DNA of 61,693 nucleotides, filler included, from Diploschistes diacapsis (Eukaryota), in the NCBI GenBank assembly GCA_023645945.1. It is 4 parts of 4 records of this genome, joined end to end, with 100 filler letters (N's around TTAATTAATTAA, not from the genome) between each part and the next. Parts side by side here need not be neighbours in the genome. Positions count along the whole stretch, not along the records: positions 1 to 15,420 come from JALAIB010000552.1; positions 15,521 to 30,855 come from JALAIB010000554.1; 2 more parts are not named here. One strand, 5' to 3'. Positions within the stretch are counted from its first letter, which is position 1; each line of letters begins with the position of its first letter. Position numbers and translations under genes: made by a program. The notes under the pieces are model-generated. The model searched no databases. It was not told the DNA's origin and worked only from the letters and a program-made list of their open reading frames with translations. This document shows positions 10,530 through 24,519 of the stretch, piece after piece.

Positions 10530-13212
10530 ACTGTCTTGAAGAGAGCGGACTAGTATCAATAATAGAAGCAAGCTAGAGACTTAGAGGGCAAAGCTGATCG
10601 ACGACAGGCACGAAGTATTCTTGACTCTTGCAAATGTTCGTGATGAAGGCACAAGGTGAAGGTTGGAGGTTGGAGGGCAAAGCATCTCCTTATACAATTG
10701 TCGAAGCTCACACCATTACGGCGCGCTGTTTTCCCCACTCGTCCATAGCCTTGATCAATTTGGAAAACTGAGCGGCGCTCTCAGGAGTAAGATCAGGCCA
10801 AGCCATGACGCTGGAGCTAAAGGAGCAGGCAGATATGAAAACCTTAAAAAAATTGTTTGGCGGGAGCTGAGGGTCCGTCGAGCAACGGCTTGGATCCATG
10901 AGCTAACGTGCTGTTAGCCCCCTTCTCATTGGATTAAATCTCAAACTTACTCACATCTCGATGGGAGGAATCGAGTCTAGCAAGAAGAAAAGAAGCCCAA
11001 GCTCCCTGCTCCTACTCCATAGAGTAGTGCCACTGGGTGGACGAGCGGAGGATCGAGCTCTGGGACAAAAAAGGCAAGTGTCTCTCGAGTTGCTGCTGAA
11101 TGTGGTCAAGCGCTTGGATTTAGCTCTTGATTAGCTCCCACTAACGCTCCCTTTGGGTCTTAGTTTTGCAATCTGTGCCTCTGCACTAGGTATCTTTTGG
11201 GTAGTTTTTCGGTGGTGGAACACAGAGCTGTGGCTAGTGATAGCCACTTAGCCTGGGCACCGGATGTCAGCATTTCCGAGCACTCTGAAGTTCTGAACCG
11301 ACAGTCTCCGCAGTATAAAACCGTGTAGTTTTTGCAGATCATAGCCTAAGCGGTAAAGACTTAATTTGTTTCCCGCAACCACATTCGTCATTTCGATGCC
11401 GCTTCTGGCAACCGCCACCCAGATGCATCAAGATGATCCCAAGTCTGGGCCCTTTCTTCTGCTTGGGTCAACGCTGCATCTTGGGGAGTCTAGGGATTCC
11501 AGATCATAAGTGGGAGAAAAGATTTGGAGCAAAAATCTTACACGTCAGAGTTGCTGTAGCCACCTCTCAAGCTTTGTAATCTATGAAGCACAGATCGGCT
11601 GTGAGGACACCTGCTTGTACGTTTTTCCATGGCCGTTTTACCTGTTGCTCCATCCCTTTGCGCCTTCCTTTTGTGCAACTGGCGATCCAGGCTTTTACGA
11701 GACGACCACCAGGAAATTTCTTATGGCTCTCAACTAGCTCTTACGCAATTCTGCGCTGTATAAAGCCACATTGGACGGAAACAGCTTTTATTTCCCTTCA
11801 GACCATCAACTTACCTCTCTCCCTCCCTTTTTCCGCTCATTTTTCCATACGAATATGTGTATGACACTAGAGTTCGCAATTTCCCGGGGCCAAAAGAACT
11901 TGGCCCAATTTACTGGGCGCTAATCTCCTTGTGTCACTGCGGCTCAGAAGTGGATCGTCCTGCATCCCGAAACGTGGGAAATCTCTGGCAGACCCGTGAA
12001 TTTTTAATGTTTTAATCTTCGCATGCTGTAGGCAAAAGGGGGTTGCTTTTGTCTACCATCGGCCCCCAAGATTAGCACTGGCAAGGTTCGCGTGGCGCAA
12101 AGCCGATCTATTAATCTCCTCGTTCTTTTCAATGTTTCTCAGAACCTTTTTCTTTTTGGATATTCCTAAGATCCTTCGTTTCCCATTTCGTGACTCCCAC
12201 CACGTCTCGCTACTTTTCATAATACAGCCTCCTAATTCGCAACGAACTTGACTGCAGCTGGTCGAACGCATTAATTCTATATATACTATGTCAGCTGTGG
12301 GCTTTCATTGAGTGTTACCCAGCGAAATAAGATGCGCTCTTGGTTAAGAGTTCGAGGATATGCAGAGCCAAAAAGAAGTCGTGCAGCCTGTTGTTTTTGG
12401 CAGCTCCAGTCACTGAAGTCAATTCACCCAAAGCATGGATGTTTGCAGACCAAGAAGCCGTGTTTGCTCCCTTACATGGCTACCATAAGTGTTTCTGAAG
12501 TTTTGTACACGAGAACGCATGAACATTGCCTGGCGGGTATATAGCCTTTTCTTCATCGAGTCAGTACCTTGGAGTTTTTCCTTGTGCGTGTTCTGAAACT
12601 GGGAATATATGAACTTCGAAGTCAGTCCCTTGTTTTGATTTTTGTTGTTTTTGTAAGATTGACAGGATGGAATGAAGTTGAGCTTTGGGAGCATTGTTTG
12701 CTGCCTGGGCCTCCTGTACACTATGAAATTCCAGCTTCCCAACTTTTCTTACGATTAAAGGAGCATCATTACTCTAGGCATGGTTTTACATATAAGAAAT
12801 CGGATGGATATGGCGAAGTAGTTACACAGGGGAGCAGCCCAATATATGAGGTATGATAGGTATAGGAAGCAATTATACAAGGGGACAGGTTTATATAACA
12901 AATGGACATGGCTTATAAGATGGGTACCGGAGCTTGATGTCGCAGCTATGTCAAAAGATGCCGATGTGCGAGTTGCCGTCTAGCTCCGTTTCGCCCAACG
13001 CAGAAAACTGATGATAATCGCCACAGCGATGACACGACTCATTGCGCCCAGCACTGCATACCCCACAAAATAACAGTCCTCTGTCTTTTCAGCTTCGCTG
13101 TCTTCAAACAGTCGCCAACTCATCCACGATTTCCGACATCTATATAGACCGCTCTTTACCACACACGCAAGCTCACGCGTCTATCTACGTGCCCATTCAG
13201 AACCTCTCCATC

Positions 13213-13722
13213 ATGACCTCTTCTCTAACTAACGGCGGCGAGGTTGGACCTCTAATCCGCGGAACAACGGGGGTGTTTGTCATCGCCGGTGTGTTTCCTC
13301 CTCACCACCCGACCAGCTGTTCACTAACCTAACAGAACACCATTGCCACTGGTGCAACCAGCCTCCTCCAGAGGAAGACAAGATTCTTCTGTACTGCTGC
13401 AAGCAGGAGATCTGCGGGTCTTGCTTGGCTGATGTGAGTCTCAGAACAGCAGCAATTTGAGCTTTGCTAAGTACCTGACTAGTATATCCATCAGCACCAT
13501 GATGATGCATTTCCGCTTCGTCGCTGCCCAATCTGTGGGCAAGACCCAGTAGAGATATGTCACGGACGCGGGAACCTTCGACTGTGGAGCGTCACGTCAC
13601 AGATCCGGGACGAAAAGCGTGTGTGGGTTCCCCATCGGGGCGATGTGCCCTTCGGCGCAGACGCTGTACCAGATGTTGTCACAGACGAAGCAGTGCAGGT
13701 GACGGAGGAATCGGGGGCGTAG
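13213..13722 (+). CDS. Small RING-finger-like protein (133 aa, 3 exons)
   Basis: Exons 13213-13288, 13336-13433 and 13495-13722; both introns are GT..CTRAC..CAG. Splicing gives CHWC-x13-CCKQEICGSC-x13-CPIC in a single frame. Confidence 0.65.
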
Positions 13723-14409
13723 AAAATACTAGCGAGACTGTCTCGGAAGCGGGGCTCCGGAGTTCAGCGACGCCATTGACGGCCTGTACTGTTGAACGAA
13801 CGGAGCATGAGATTTGGGAATTAGTGGTTGCAGAGTACTATGATATCGGTGCCTGGATAAGTACTCCTAAGCTGATTGTTCTATCAATTTTTGCGTGAAA
13901 AGACCATACCCCCAGGGAGCCGCCCATAGAGAATATCGAAGCCACTACAGTCCAAGGTCTTCTTAGCGCGGTCAAGGCGTGATTGATAAAGTCGCTCAAT
14001 CCTGGAAGCGGCTTGAAGCCAACTCACTTTTTAAATTTAGATACATGTTCTCAAAGGACAGCAATAAGCTCATTGGCTCACTCAAGGAGTCCAGCTGATA
14101 GCGTCGCCCGGAAATATGATATAAGTCATTACCTCTACATTTAAGTATCAATAGACTCACATACCAGAACGATCCCTGCTTCCGAAACCTCTACAGAAAT
14201 GAGTTCTTATGCCGGTTTTAAGGTCTATATACGCTCCATCGGATCCCTCTCGCCCTTGCCTATTCGGAACCATGCATCCAGTGAAACGATAATCCAGCCG
14301 GGATGAAAAACGCTGCCGTGAATTTCGGTTCGAATTATACTCCGTTCCTGCTGGAAGAAGGTATTTCCCCTTTCTAATGAACGATGACTTCGAGATTGAC
14401 CATCTCGAA

Positions 14410-15152
14410 GCTGCACGTCGTTCCAGCGGGTGTCGAGCGCGTGGTGCTAACTGTCGCGGAACGCAAAGCGTCTATCCGAAGACGCAGAGTCCATGAAGTC
14501 TGCGGCGGGCAGAGAACGTGCACGTGGATACGGTCTCGGCGGAATATATGGGACACGGCGTCGCTGCAGGAAGACTTGGAAGAGGCAGAGGAGAAGATAG
14601 CGGACGCACAGCTCGGAGGCTGTCCCGTTCAACGCAGCAAGAGTGGGGCGTAACTTTCCTGTCGACGAAATCGAGCAGGACTTTAGGGCCGAAGTCACCA
14701 CCCCAATGCGCGCAGCAACCGGGCCCTGCGATGCCCTCGGTTCCAAGCACCTCCTTCTACATACCGCACAACCAGCATCCACCTCCAACACATCCCCTTC
14801 TTCGCCGAAACCACTTACATCTTTACCCCCCCCCCCCCCTCTTAGATCACAGTAATAGTCCTCTTCACCACCGTGCAATGGGCCATGCCGTGCCTCCAGT
14901 ACCTCTTCTCGCTCTCGCTGTACAAGGCCGCGCAGTTCAGCCTCACGACGGGCCTGAGCAAGGAGTTTTGGGGCCCCAAGGGCGTGCACTGCGCGCTGGT
15001 CGTCGTGGCGGGGCAGGTGATGGATGACGCGGAGAACTACAGCGCAGGGGAACGTGGCGGAGAGGACGTGGGCTTCGCTCGAGCAGGACAAGGAGGAGTG
15101 GGGGGACTGAGTTGTCGAGATTAGGGACGGGGAATTTACGAGAGGAGGATGA
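14410..15152 (+). pseudogene. Degraded short-chain dehydrogenase/reductase
   Basis: SDR-like segments lie in shifting frames: GVERVVL / LSRNAKRLSEDAESMKSAAG / DTASLQEDL / EAVPFNAARVG..FPVDEIEQDFR / ITVIVLFTTVQWAMP..FSLSLYKAAQFSL..GPKGVHCALVVVAGQV / NVAERTW. Several frameshifts; no intact Rossmann motif. Confidence 0.7.
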
Positions 15153-15318
15153 GGCAGTCGTGACTGAACCAATGCGGCCCGAACCGGAGACGAGTCCGGG
15201 TGACAGGATGGGCGCGGGGTAAACGAAGCAAAAACGGGGCTTTGGTAACAAGCTTGTCTTGTTGTTGTAACAATAAGCACCTCCTTCACGGTTCTCAACA
15301 ACTCAAATTAAACCTATA

Positions 15319-15420
15319 ATGGACTACCACCCACCCTCCTCCTCAGGCCCCGTCAAACCCCGCATCATCCTCCGTAAGCCCCCTCTACCGCTCCCCGAAC
15401 TTCCATCCCAACCCTAACAC
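15319..15420 (+). CDS. First exon of a probable Ntn-type (type 2) L-asparaginase/isoaspartyl peptidase, cut by the contig end
   Basis: ATG 15319 gives MDYHPPSSSGPVKPRIIL plus one C before a GTAAGC donor at 15374, with CTAAC near the contig end. It resembles the PRIIIHGGAG start of fungal type-2 asparaginases. Confidence 0.55.
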
Positions 15421-15520
15421 NNNNNNNNNNNNNNNNNNNNNNNNNNNNNNNNNNNNNNNNNNNNTTAATTAATTAANNNNNNNNNNNNNNNNNNNNNNNN
15501 NNNNNNNNNNNNNNNNNNNN
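15421..15520. other. Artificial contig linker
   Basis: 44 N + TTAATTAATTAA (stop codons in all six frames) + 44 N. Confidence 0.97.
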
Positions 15521-15611
15521 GTCCTAAATGCACGAAATGGTGCGGATTTAGTCATTAATGGCAATCGCCCGGTTATGTTATTAATAATATTTATTCTTAA
15601 AGGTATTTAAA

Positions 15612-16117
15612 TGTTATAATCTTTATTTATATAAGATATACACGAGTAAAATTAAGGTGGGTTTAATCTTTATTAAAAAAGGAATATGACAGGAAAAGAA
15701 GATAGAATAATTATAAATCTTAAATTATCTTTAAAAAGAAGGTTTTTTAATAATAAAGAATAACGAATATAGATTGATCCCGAGTAATAATTAAAAATAT
15801 TTATAAAAATAAACACGTTTTTTTTCACGAAGGTAAAATCGTGTTTATATATAGTTAACTCGCTCGTCGTTTATCGTAAATTTAATAAACGATATCCTCG
15901 AGGCTCGCCGCTTATAAGAATAAACGCGATTATCGAGCGATAACGAAAACCCGTTCGCCGTTTACGAGAATAAGCGCGATCATTAAGCGGTGGCGAAAGC
16001 TTGCTCGCCGCTCACGAGAGTGAGCGCGAGCAGTGAGCGTATCACGTGACCCCTGGTCCCGTGACTCACCTATATACAAAGCTGGGACGTGCCAAGTCCG
16101 GTACTTGGATCGTAACA
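15612..16117. mobile_element. RIP-degraded LTR-like relic
   Basis: Very AT/TpA-rich. It ends GATCGTAACA (16108-16117) and starts TGTTATAATC, which is the inverse TGTTACGATC with two transitions, giving LTR-like TG...CA ends. No matching target-site duplication was seen. Confidence 0.45.
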
Positions 16118-16363
16118 CTCTATTTAAAAGGATTTAAATCGTTTTATAATTATTAAAACGAAATTAAATTCCATCGAATCGATTTATAATAATCGATCGA
16201 GATATTTTAAATACGCGGGCAGCCTCTCGAATATTAATATATTATTATAATTTTAGGGCCTATAAACAGTCGTTGATATTAAATTCTATTAAAATCGAAT
16301 TATTATCATGCGAGATAGTCATTATTGAAAAAGATCGAATGTAAGATGAAAATAATGATTTAA

Positions 16364-16407
16364 GGTGGCCGGAATCTGGGGGTGGCCGGAATCCCCGTGA
16401 AACACGT
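16364..16407 (-). mobile_element. Terminal inverted repeat of a Fot1/pogo-type DNA transposon; the element body extends left through AT-rich DNA
   Basis: Read on the minus strand: TA-ACGTGTTTCACGGGGATTCCGGCCACCCCCAGATTCCGGCCACC. It has an ACGT terminus, a TA target and two internal direct repeats, as in Fot1/Tan1-type TIRs. Confidence 0.7.
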
Positions 16408-16891
16408 TATTGCCTATTTAGTGCTCCTACTTCCCATTTTCAACAATTATTAATACATTTTTCCGCCCCTAACCTACAGAACTTAATAATATGCTATTAA
16501 CGGTTAACCCAAAAGTGTCTAGCGCTGAAAATTAACTTAGAAGGTTTAATGTCGAGCCGGCATCCGGCACGCAACTAACGCACCTCATAATCTGAGGTGC
16601 TGAGGCAAGAGTGCGTGTGGGTGTCAAGAACAAGGCGGCTACCCGCAGCAAGTCGGCGATCAACCTAGTCCGGAAGGGGGGTTGCCGTCGATGCAGATTC
16701 CTAATATGTCGGTCCCATCACGCAGTTGACATGTCACTACACAACTACTGCATCTGCTTCTGCCAGTGCTGGGATTCACCCCGGCATTGAGCTTTGCGTC
16801 AATGTGAATTCAACACAATATTCAGTTAAGCATTGCGCGTGCTCCTGCATTCGGGGAACAAGAAGGCCCACATTTGCGATTAAGAGACAAG

Positions 16892-19207
16892 ATGGCGCCG
16901 GTAAGCTCGCTTTCTCATAGGCTTGACATACACTTGCCATTCAGGATTGAGCTTTCGATTTGCATTATTTCACAATTTTCCATGTTTGCTTCTTTTCCTT
17001 CCATTATGGTGCGCGCCGGGCTAGTTGTCAAATCTCCCACAGTAGCACCGCAGTGGTGGCTTCTCGACCGCTGCCACCCGACCCCTGGACAGTCGGCTCA
17101 GTCAATCCTGCCAGTCACCAATTACTTTGATGAAGGTCATGATTTTCAAGAAGATTGGGATTTCGACCTGGACAGTTCATACGGCGAACACGATCCTGCC
17201 GATTTCACTTCCTCACTTTCACCTGATGCAACTCTCATTTACGCTTTCTCGGCGTTGCATTCGTCGTTTGCTTTCTCTCAGCTAACGTGTCGCCTGCAGC
17301 TCCGAAGCAATCGTGCAGCTAACCGTGTGAACCGTGGCCAAGCCGAACATGATATCATGGATGGTCTCCCCGTACGCCAATGGCGAAAGCAACCCACCTT
17401 AGTCAATCTAGCCCCTCAAAAGGAAGTACAACCTGACATGACGGATTCGGACTCTAAATGGCGCGAACTGCCTATGCCCAAAGGTTCGGAAATGTATCCG
17501 CCGTGGAGCCAGGCTCTATTGAGAGCAGCACGTGCAGGTCGCATTATACAGCAGCCGCAGAAGCCCGCTGACGATAACAAGGAAGCTAGTGAAGACGAAG
17601 ACGCTGATGGTGAGCTGGACACTGGCTTCCTCGTGACCCGTTGGGCTCAGTTACCAAGAGAGATAGAGCAGCCAGAACCCGAGTACCTCGCGAAGAGGAG
17701 AAAGGGGCTGCCAACCCTTTATGGCGGAATGAATGGAAACCTGACGGCTCTAACTACTTTAAGGAAAACCAAAGTCCGAAAGATTGACAACGATGGGAAC
17801 GTAGTCTTTCTGGATGTCCTGGTTCCGGAGGGTGTTCTCATTGAAGGAGAAGTAGCTGACAGTAACGACGTGTCCACTCAAGCGCCGGCACCTGGCACCG
17901 TTGTCGAAGGGATCGGTGTCGTAAACGCAGAGGGTATTGTTGTCATGGCTGAGCAGGCTGCACCAACTCCTGCAAGACGAAGACCTCCACCTCCGAAGAG
18001 AAAGCCAAAAGGGCCTGGTCGTGGACGGAAGAAGAAGGTAGTTGTCGAAAACGGTACGGATGGGTTGCCTTTGGCCGTTAATGCCAACAACGGTCGAGTT
18101 GGGTCAGCTAGTTCTACCGTTGGTAAAGCCGGTGTTTCTGGCGTCGCCGATATGGAGACCGCTAACGATAACGGAGCTGGCGATGAATCTTTGCTACAAG
18201 AAGGGGAAGAAGGCAGCGAGGAGGATGACGAGGACGGCGAGGAGGGAGATGATGCAGAGCGTGAGGAAGGAGAGCTCAGCGATACAGAAGAGCCGCTTTC
18301 TCGATCAGCCACTCCGTCAAAGCGGCTCACAAAGCCTACCATAGATGCCAGCGTGCCAGTTTCTGGACCTGCTGGAAACGTAGCTGCTAAAACAAACTAC
18401 TTGGTTCCACCTACCATCTCTATTCAACCCAGCGTTGAGCTTCCTGCGAGTACAGTTACCGCTACGACAGCGACGGTGTCTGATATTTTACAGCCTATGC
18501 CAGGACTACCTACTCTACCAAATATTTCCCAGGCAGCTGAAAATGGTACTCCGACGGAAGATGCCACAGCTATGTCGAGTTCGGCGGCACCACGGGGCCT
18601 GGATGAGTTGAGTAAAGCTTCTCGTCAAATCGATGAATCTCTCAGCAGCAAGGTGGAATCACCAGCACCTGCAACAGCTCCCCAGGCCCCTTTGGTTGTT
18701 GACCCTTCAGCCCGACACTCCGAAGCCTCGGCTGTTGGATCAAGCCAACTGAATGCAGCTGAACAAACTTTGGCTGTAACGGACAGAGAGCAGACCAAAG
18801 CAATTGGCCTTGACTCTGCACCCTCACCGCCCATTTTGGACGGTAACTTAGCCCAGGCCCCTCCAATGCCGCAATCTGATGTGCCTACCGTTGTCGAAGC
18901 TCCAAGCTTTATCCCTGAAGCTCCCCTCCCTGCCACAGTACCCGAAGCACACAATCCACTGGAGGTTCTGTGTGAGCCTCAAGCGGCCGAGCAGCCGAGC
19001 AAAGAATCTGCAGATACGAGCATATCAACAAGTGGAGATGGCAACAAGAACGAGAAGACGGTCGAAGTGGATGTTCCTGTGGCATCGGACACCACAGCGC
19101 CAGCTACGAACAGCGATGCGGCGTCACAAGTGCCGGAGCAACCTTCGGGAGCAGAGGATGACATCTTTGGTAGCTTGGAGCGACATCTGCAGAGCAAGAG
19201 TGGGTAA
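16892..19207 (+). CDS. Conserved fungal hypothetical protein (acidic/Pro-rich, NLS-like basic tract)
   Basis: A 9-nt exon ATGGCGCCG is followed by intron 16901-17299 (GTAAGC..GCTAAC..CAG). The protein continues LRSNRAANRVNRG..HDIMDGLPVRQW..EPEYLAKRRKGLP..RRRPPPPKRKPKGPGRGRKKK. Confidence 0.8.
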   Translation: MAPVSSLSHRLDIHLPFRIELSICIISQFSMFASFPSIMVRAGLVVKSPTVAPQWWLLDRCHPTPGQSAQSILPVTNYFDEGHDFQEDWDFDLDSSYGEHDPADFTSSLSPDATLIYAFSALHSSFAFSQLTCRLQLRSNRAANRVNRGQAEHDIMDGLPVRQWRKQPTLVNLAPQKEVQPDMTDSDSKWRELPMPKGSEMYPPWSQALLRAARAGRIIQQPQKPADDNKEASEDEDADGELDTGFLVTRWAQLPREIEQPEPEYLAKRRKGLPTLYGGMNGNLTALTTLRKTKVRKIDNDGNVVFLDVLVPEGVLIEGEVADSNDVSTQAPAPGTVVEGIGVVNAEGIVVMAEQAAPTPARRRPPPPKRKPKGPGRGRKKKVVVENGTDGLPLAVNANNGRVGSASSTVGKAGVSGVADMETANDNGAGDESLLQEGEEGSEEDDEDGEEGDDAEREEGELSDTEEPLSRSATPSKRLTKPTIDASVPVSGPAGNVAAKTNYLVPPTISIQPSVELPASTVTATTATVSDILQPMPGLPTLPNISQAAENGTPTEDATAMSSSAAPRGLDELSKASRQIDESLSSKVESPAPATAPQAPLVVDPSARHSEASAVGSSQLNAAEQTLAVTDREQTKAIGLDSAPSPPILDGNLAQAPPMPQSDVPTVVEAPSFIPEAPLPATVPEAHNPLEVLCEPQAAEQPSKESADTSISTSGDGNKNEKTVEVDVPVASDTTAPATNSDAASQVPEQPSGAEDDIFGSLERHLQSKSG

Positions 19208-19504
19208 ATATGCCTGGAGAGATCCGTATAGCAGGCTGGATTTTTTCATTCGATTACATACCCAACAATTCATGTTCTAGGATGGAGTAAGATGGTTTGC
19301 TGGGACTGGCACGGGCTCGTATTAAACTATATGCTCATGCTTTACTGTGGATCCTCATTGCTCTCTTTTCAGTATCCTCTATGCGATAGCCAGCTGAATA
19401 TTCTATTTAAGGCCAAGAATCATGGAGTGTAATCATAGCAATGGCTTTCCTGTGAAGGAGTGATACGGATAAGCGATGGAATGTATGATAGATCAATCGA
19501 GCAT

Positions 19505-19692
19505 ATGTACTTCAATAAGATAAAGTACCTCAATAGGATAAAGTATCTTAATAGAATAAAGTACCTCAATAAAATAAAGATATCTCGATAAGATAAAATA
19601 CTTTAATCGAAAAAGATATCTCAATAAGATAAATAGGATAAATAGAATGAAATATTTCAATAAGATAAGGTACCTTAATAGGATAAGATACG
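19505..19692. repeat. Degenerate ~18-bp AT-rich minisatellite
   Basis: Units such as AAGTACCTCAATAGGATA, AAGTATCTTAATAGAATA and AAGTACCTCAATAAAATA, roughly 10 copies, differing mostly by transitions. Confidence 0.75.
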
Positions 19693-20688
19693 TTACCATG
19701 CCCTAGGTCCGTAACCTAGCGAAAAAAGCAAAGTAGAATATCGCCACTCAAAACAAGCAATTGAAGTTTTGCGCATCCCGGACTCTGCGAGCACCACATG
19801 GCAATACATAGGAGCCATACAGGTTACATCCTATCATCCCCCCAAATATTCTTTTTAGCAGCGGGCTCTCCTCCGATGATGCAAAACTAGGTCAGAGGTC
19901 GATCATGACGTTGAAATCATGATTCGCCATAGTGATTATATTAATAATCCGGCGGTGCCGGCAGGATTCGTGGTGTGCAGATAGTATGCTTGATTCAACG
20001 GTCGCGCAATCAGGGGAGCGATGGCGTGATCGAGTGAAAATTCCATTCATTTGTCCGTCATTGGTCATTTCCAAGGCAGATAAAATCACAACGGACATTG
20101 ATATGGTTACAACGCAAAGGAGCTTGTGAGGAAAGCATGCGTGGAAGGCCGCGAGATGGGCTTCTTACGCATTCTAAACCAGCATAGCTGGACTGTTACA
20201 CCCTCAGTTGTGTCGCTTGAGTGTCTCTGAATAGAAACCATCAAGAGATAGACTTGGTACATCGAGACCAAGTGAAGAACGAGTCAGAGACTGATGGCTG
20301 TGTATGTCGAATCCAGCCGTTTGTTATGCATACACCCCTTCTTCCGGTATGAGTCTTTGGCCGTACCTGCATAACTATGGCATTTTTAGCAGAACAACAA
20401 TCTTTGTGGCCGATCGTGCTTAGAAATATCGTGTGAGGCTCTTTCCTGAGCACGCAATCGCCAGGTGGGGTGACAGAACCATGTTGAGGTTTGTATTGCT
20501 AAGTCTCTCCTTCGATTCTTTCCATGATGTTCTTCTTTTGGTAGCGATCTTCTCTTATAACTCCCACTCTGCCAATTCCTTCAGCGCCGTTGTCTTACAC
20601 CTTCACCAAGTTGAACTTGCTCCGACCCTGCACCATTATCACCAGTATATCACCAGCGTCGACTTGTAGCCATAGCACTTCATTTGCT

Positions 20689-21611
20689 ATGTTTTCTCAC
20701 AAGGACGAGGGATACGCCAGCGGTAGTTCTACCGAAAGCCATCCCGAGGTTTATTTCACTAGAGTACACCTGAAATTCCTCAATAAGCAACTGCAGAGGC
20801 TCGAGCCGCAAGGTAGGGTATCAGCCCGCTCCGATCCATCGCATCATTGACTCACATTTTCGCTTCAGAGATTCTCCGATGGTGCATCACATCCCTGCCG
20901 GGCCTGTACCAAGAGACGGCCTTGGGATTGACCGGCCTTGCAATGACTGACATGATCTCGAAACTTGCAGAGAAAGGTTCCGAGGAGGTCCATGTGATCT
21001 TCCTTGACACACTATACCACTTCGAGGAGACGTTAGCTCTGTTGGACAAGGTCCGAGCCAGATACCCTAGCAAGAAGTTGCACGTTTTCAAACCCGCAGG
21101 TGTGTCTGCTGTAGCAGAGTTTGAAAGAAAGTATGGCCAGAAGTTGTGGCAGAGGCATGATTCCCAATATGACTTTATCGCCAAGGTGGAACCCGCGCAA
21201 AGGGCGTACAGGGAACTCGGTGTCAATGCTGTTCTCACGGGTCGTCGCCGGAGCCAAGGAGCTAGGCGTGGCAACCTCGACATCATCGAAATGGACGAAG
21301 CCGGGCTTATCAAAGTCAACCCGCTTGTCAATTGGACTTTTGAGGAGGTCCAGGACTACATCAAAGCCAACGACGTCCCCTACAACGACCTTCTCGACCG
21401 TGGGTACAAGAGTGTCGGCGACTGGCACTCCACGCAACCAATCAAGGAGGGCGAAGACGAGCGGGCCGGTAGGTGGAAAGGCCAGGCCAAGACTGAGTGC
21501 GGCATCCATAACCCGCGAAGCAAGTACGCACAGTTTTTGCGCCAGCAGGAGCTCAAGCAACAGGAAAATGCCAGACAGGATACTGCAGCAAAAGTTCAGA
21601 TCGAAGCGTGA
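20689..21611 (+). CDS. MET16: PAPS (phosphoadenylyl-sulfate) reductase
   Basis: IFLDTLYHFEET, KVEP, LTGRRRSQG, GYKSVGDWHST, ERAGRWKG..KTECGIH. Intron at 20813-20868. Confidence 0.96.
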
Positions 21612-22371
21612 GGTCGAGGTCGAGTCTGCATCCCTTGTTCTTCATCGCTGTTTTAGCGTGGCGTTTCGGCTTGACAAGCATTTGGCCTGCCTGCCTGTCT
21701 CGATTTTGATGCGATGATGCCTCTTATGATTGAGAGAGGTTAGGTGCATATACTCTAGATTGTTAACTGCGTTTTTAAAAAATAGATGAGATACTTAAAT
21801 GTCGTTAGCTAAACTGGAAAGAAGTTGCGACCCCACACTGAACGATCGTTCCGCTAAGGCTGATGGAGTCCAACCCCTATAAGATAGGGCTCCGTTTGGG
21901 TGCAACGGCTATCGAATAGGACAGACCTACAATCTACAGCGTACTAAGCGAGGTTTCGCCAGTTGAAACGGACAAATGGACACCAAGTGGTAACTCGCTA
22001 CGGAGCAAGATTGGATTTGTGGGTGGACGCCGAGAGGTAGTTGGCTTCGGAATCGCGAAGTAGATAAATCTTGGCTTGGTCTCCCATCATTGCAGTTGAA
22101 TAGCGTTGCATCCTGATTAGAAGAGGAGAGGAATACATGGCCGTAGCGACGTCGGAGCAAATCCAGCCTACATTGCAACCTTTGACGGGGGCAAAGTCCA
22201 CGTACAGCAGCGTTCAAGGATCTTGCTTGAGACACCTCCACTGCCCACTACAAATATCATGTCATGTCGCTGCAGTTTTCTACCGCACTTCGCTTTGACT
22301 GGAGCCGCATAAGATCATCAGCAGTAGTCTCCTCGGAGTCGAGGTTCAATAGAGCTAGCTGCAGCTCATAA

Positions 22372-24519
<2,148 letters not shown>

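Noticed and set aside
15465..15476. TTAATTAATTAA palindrome recurring about every 15.4 kb
   Set aside because: It sits centrally in N runs and is a six-frame-stop assembly spacer, not biology.
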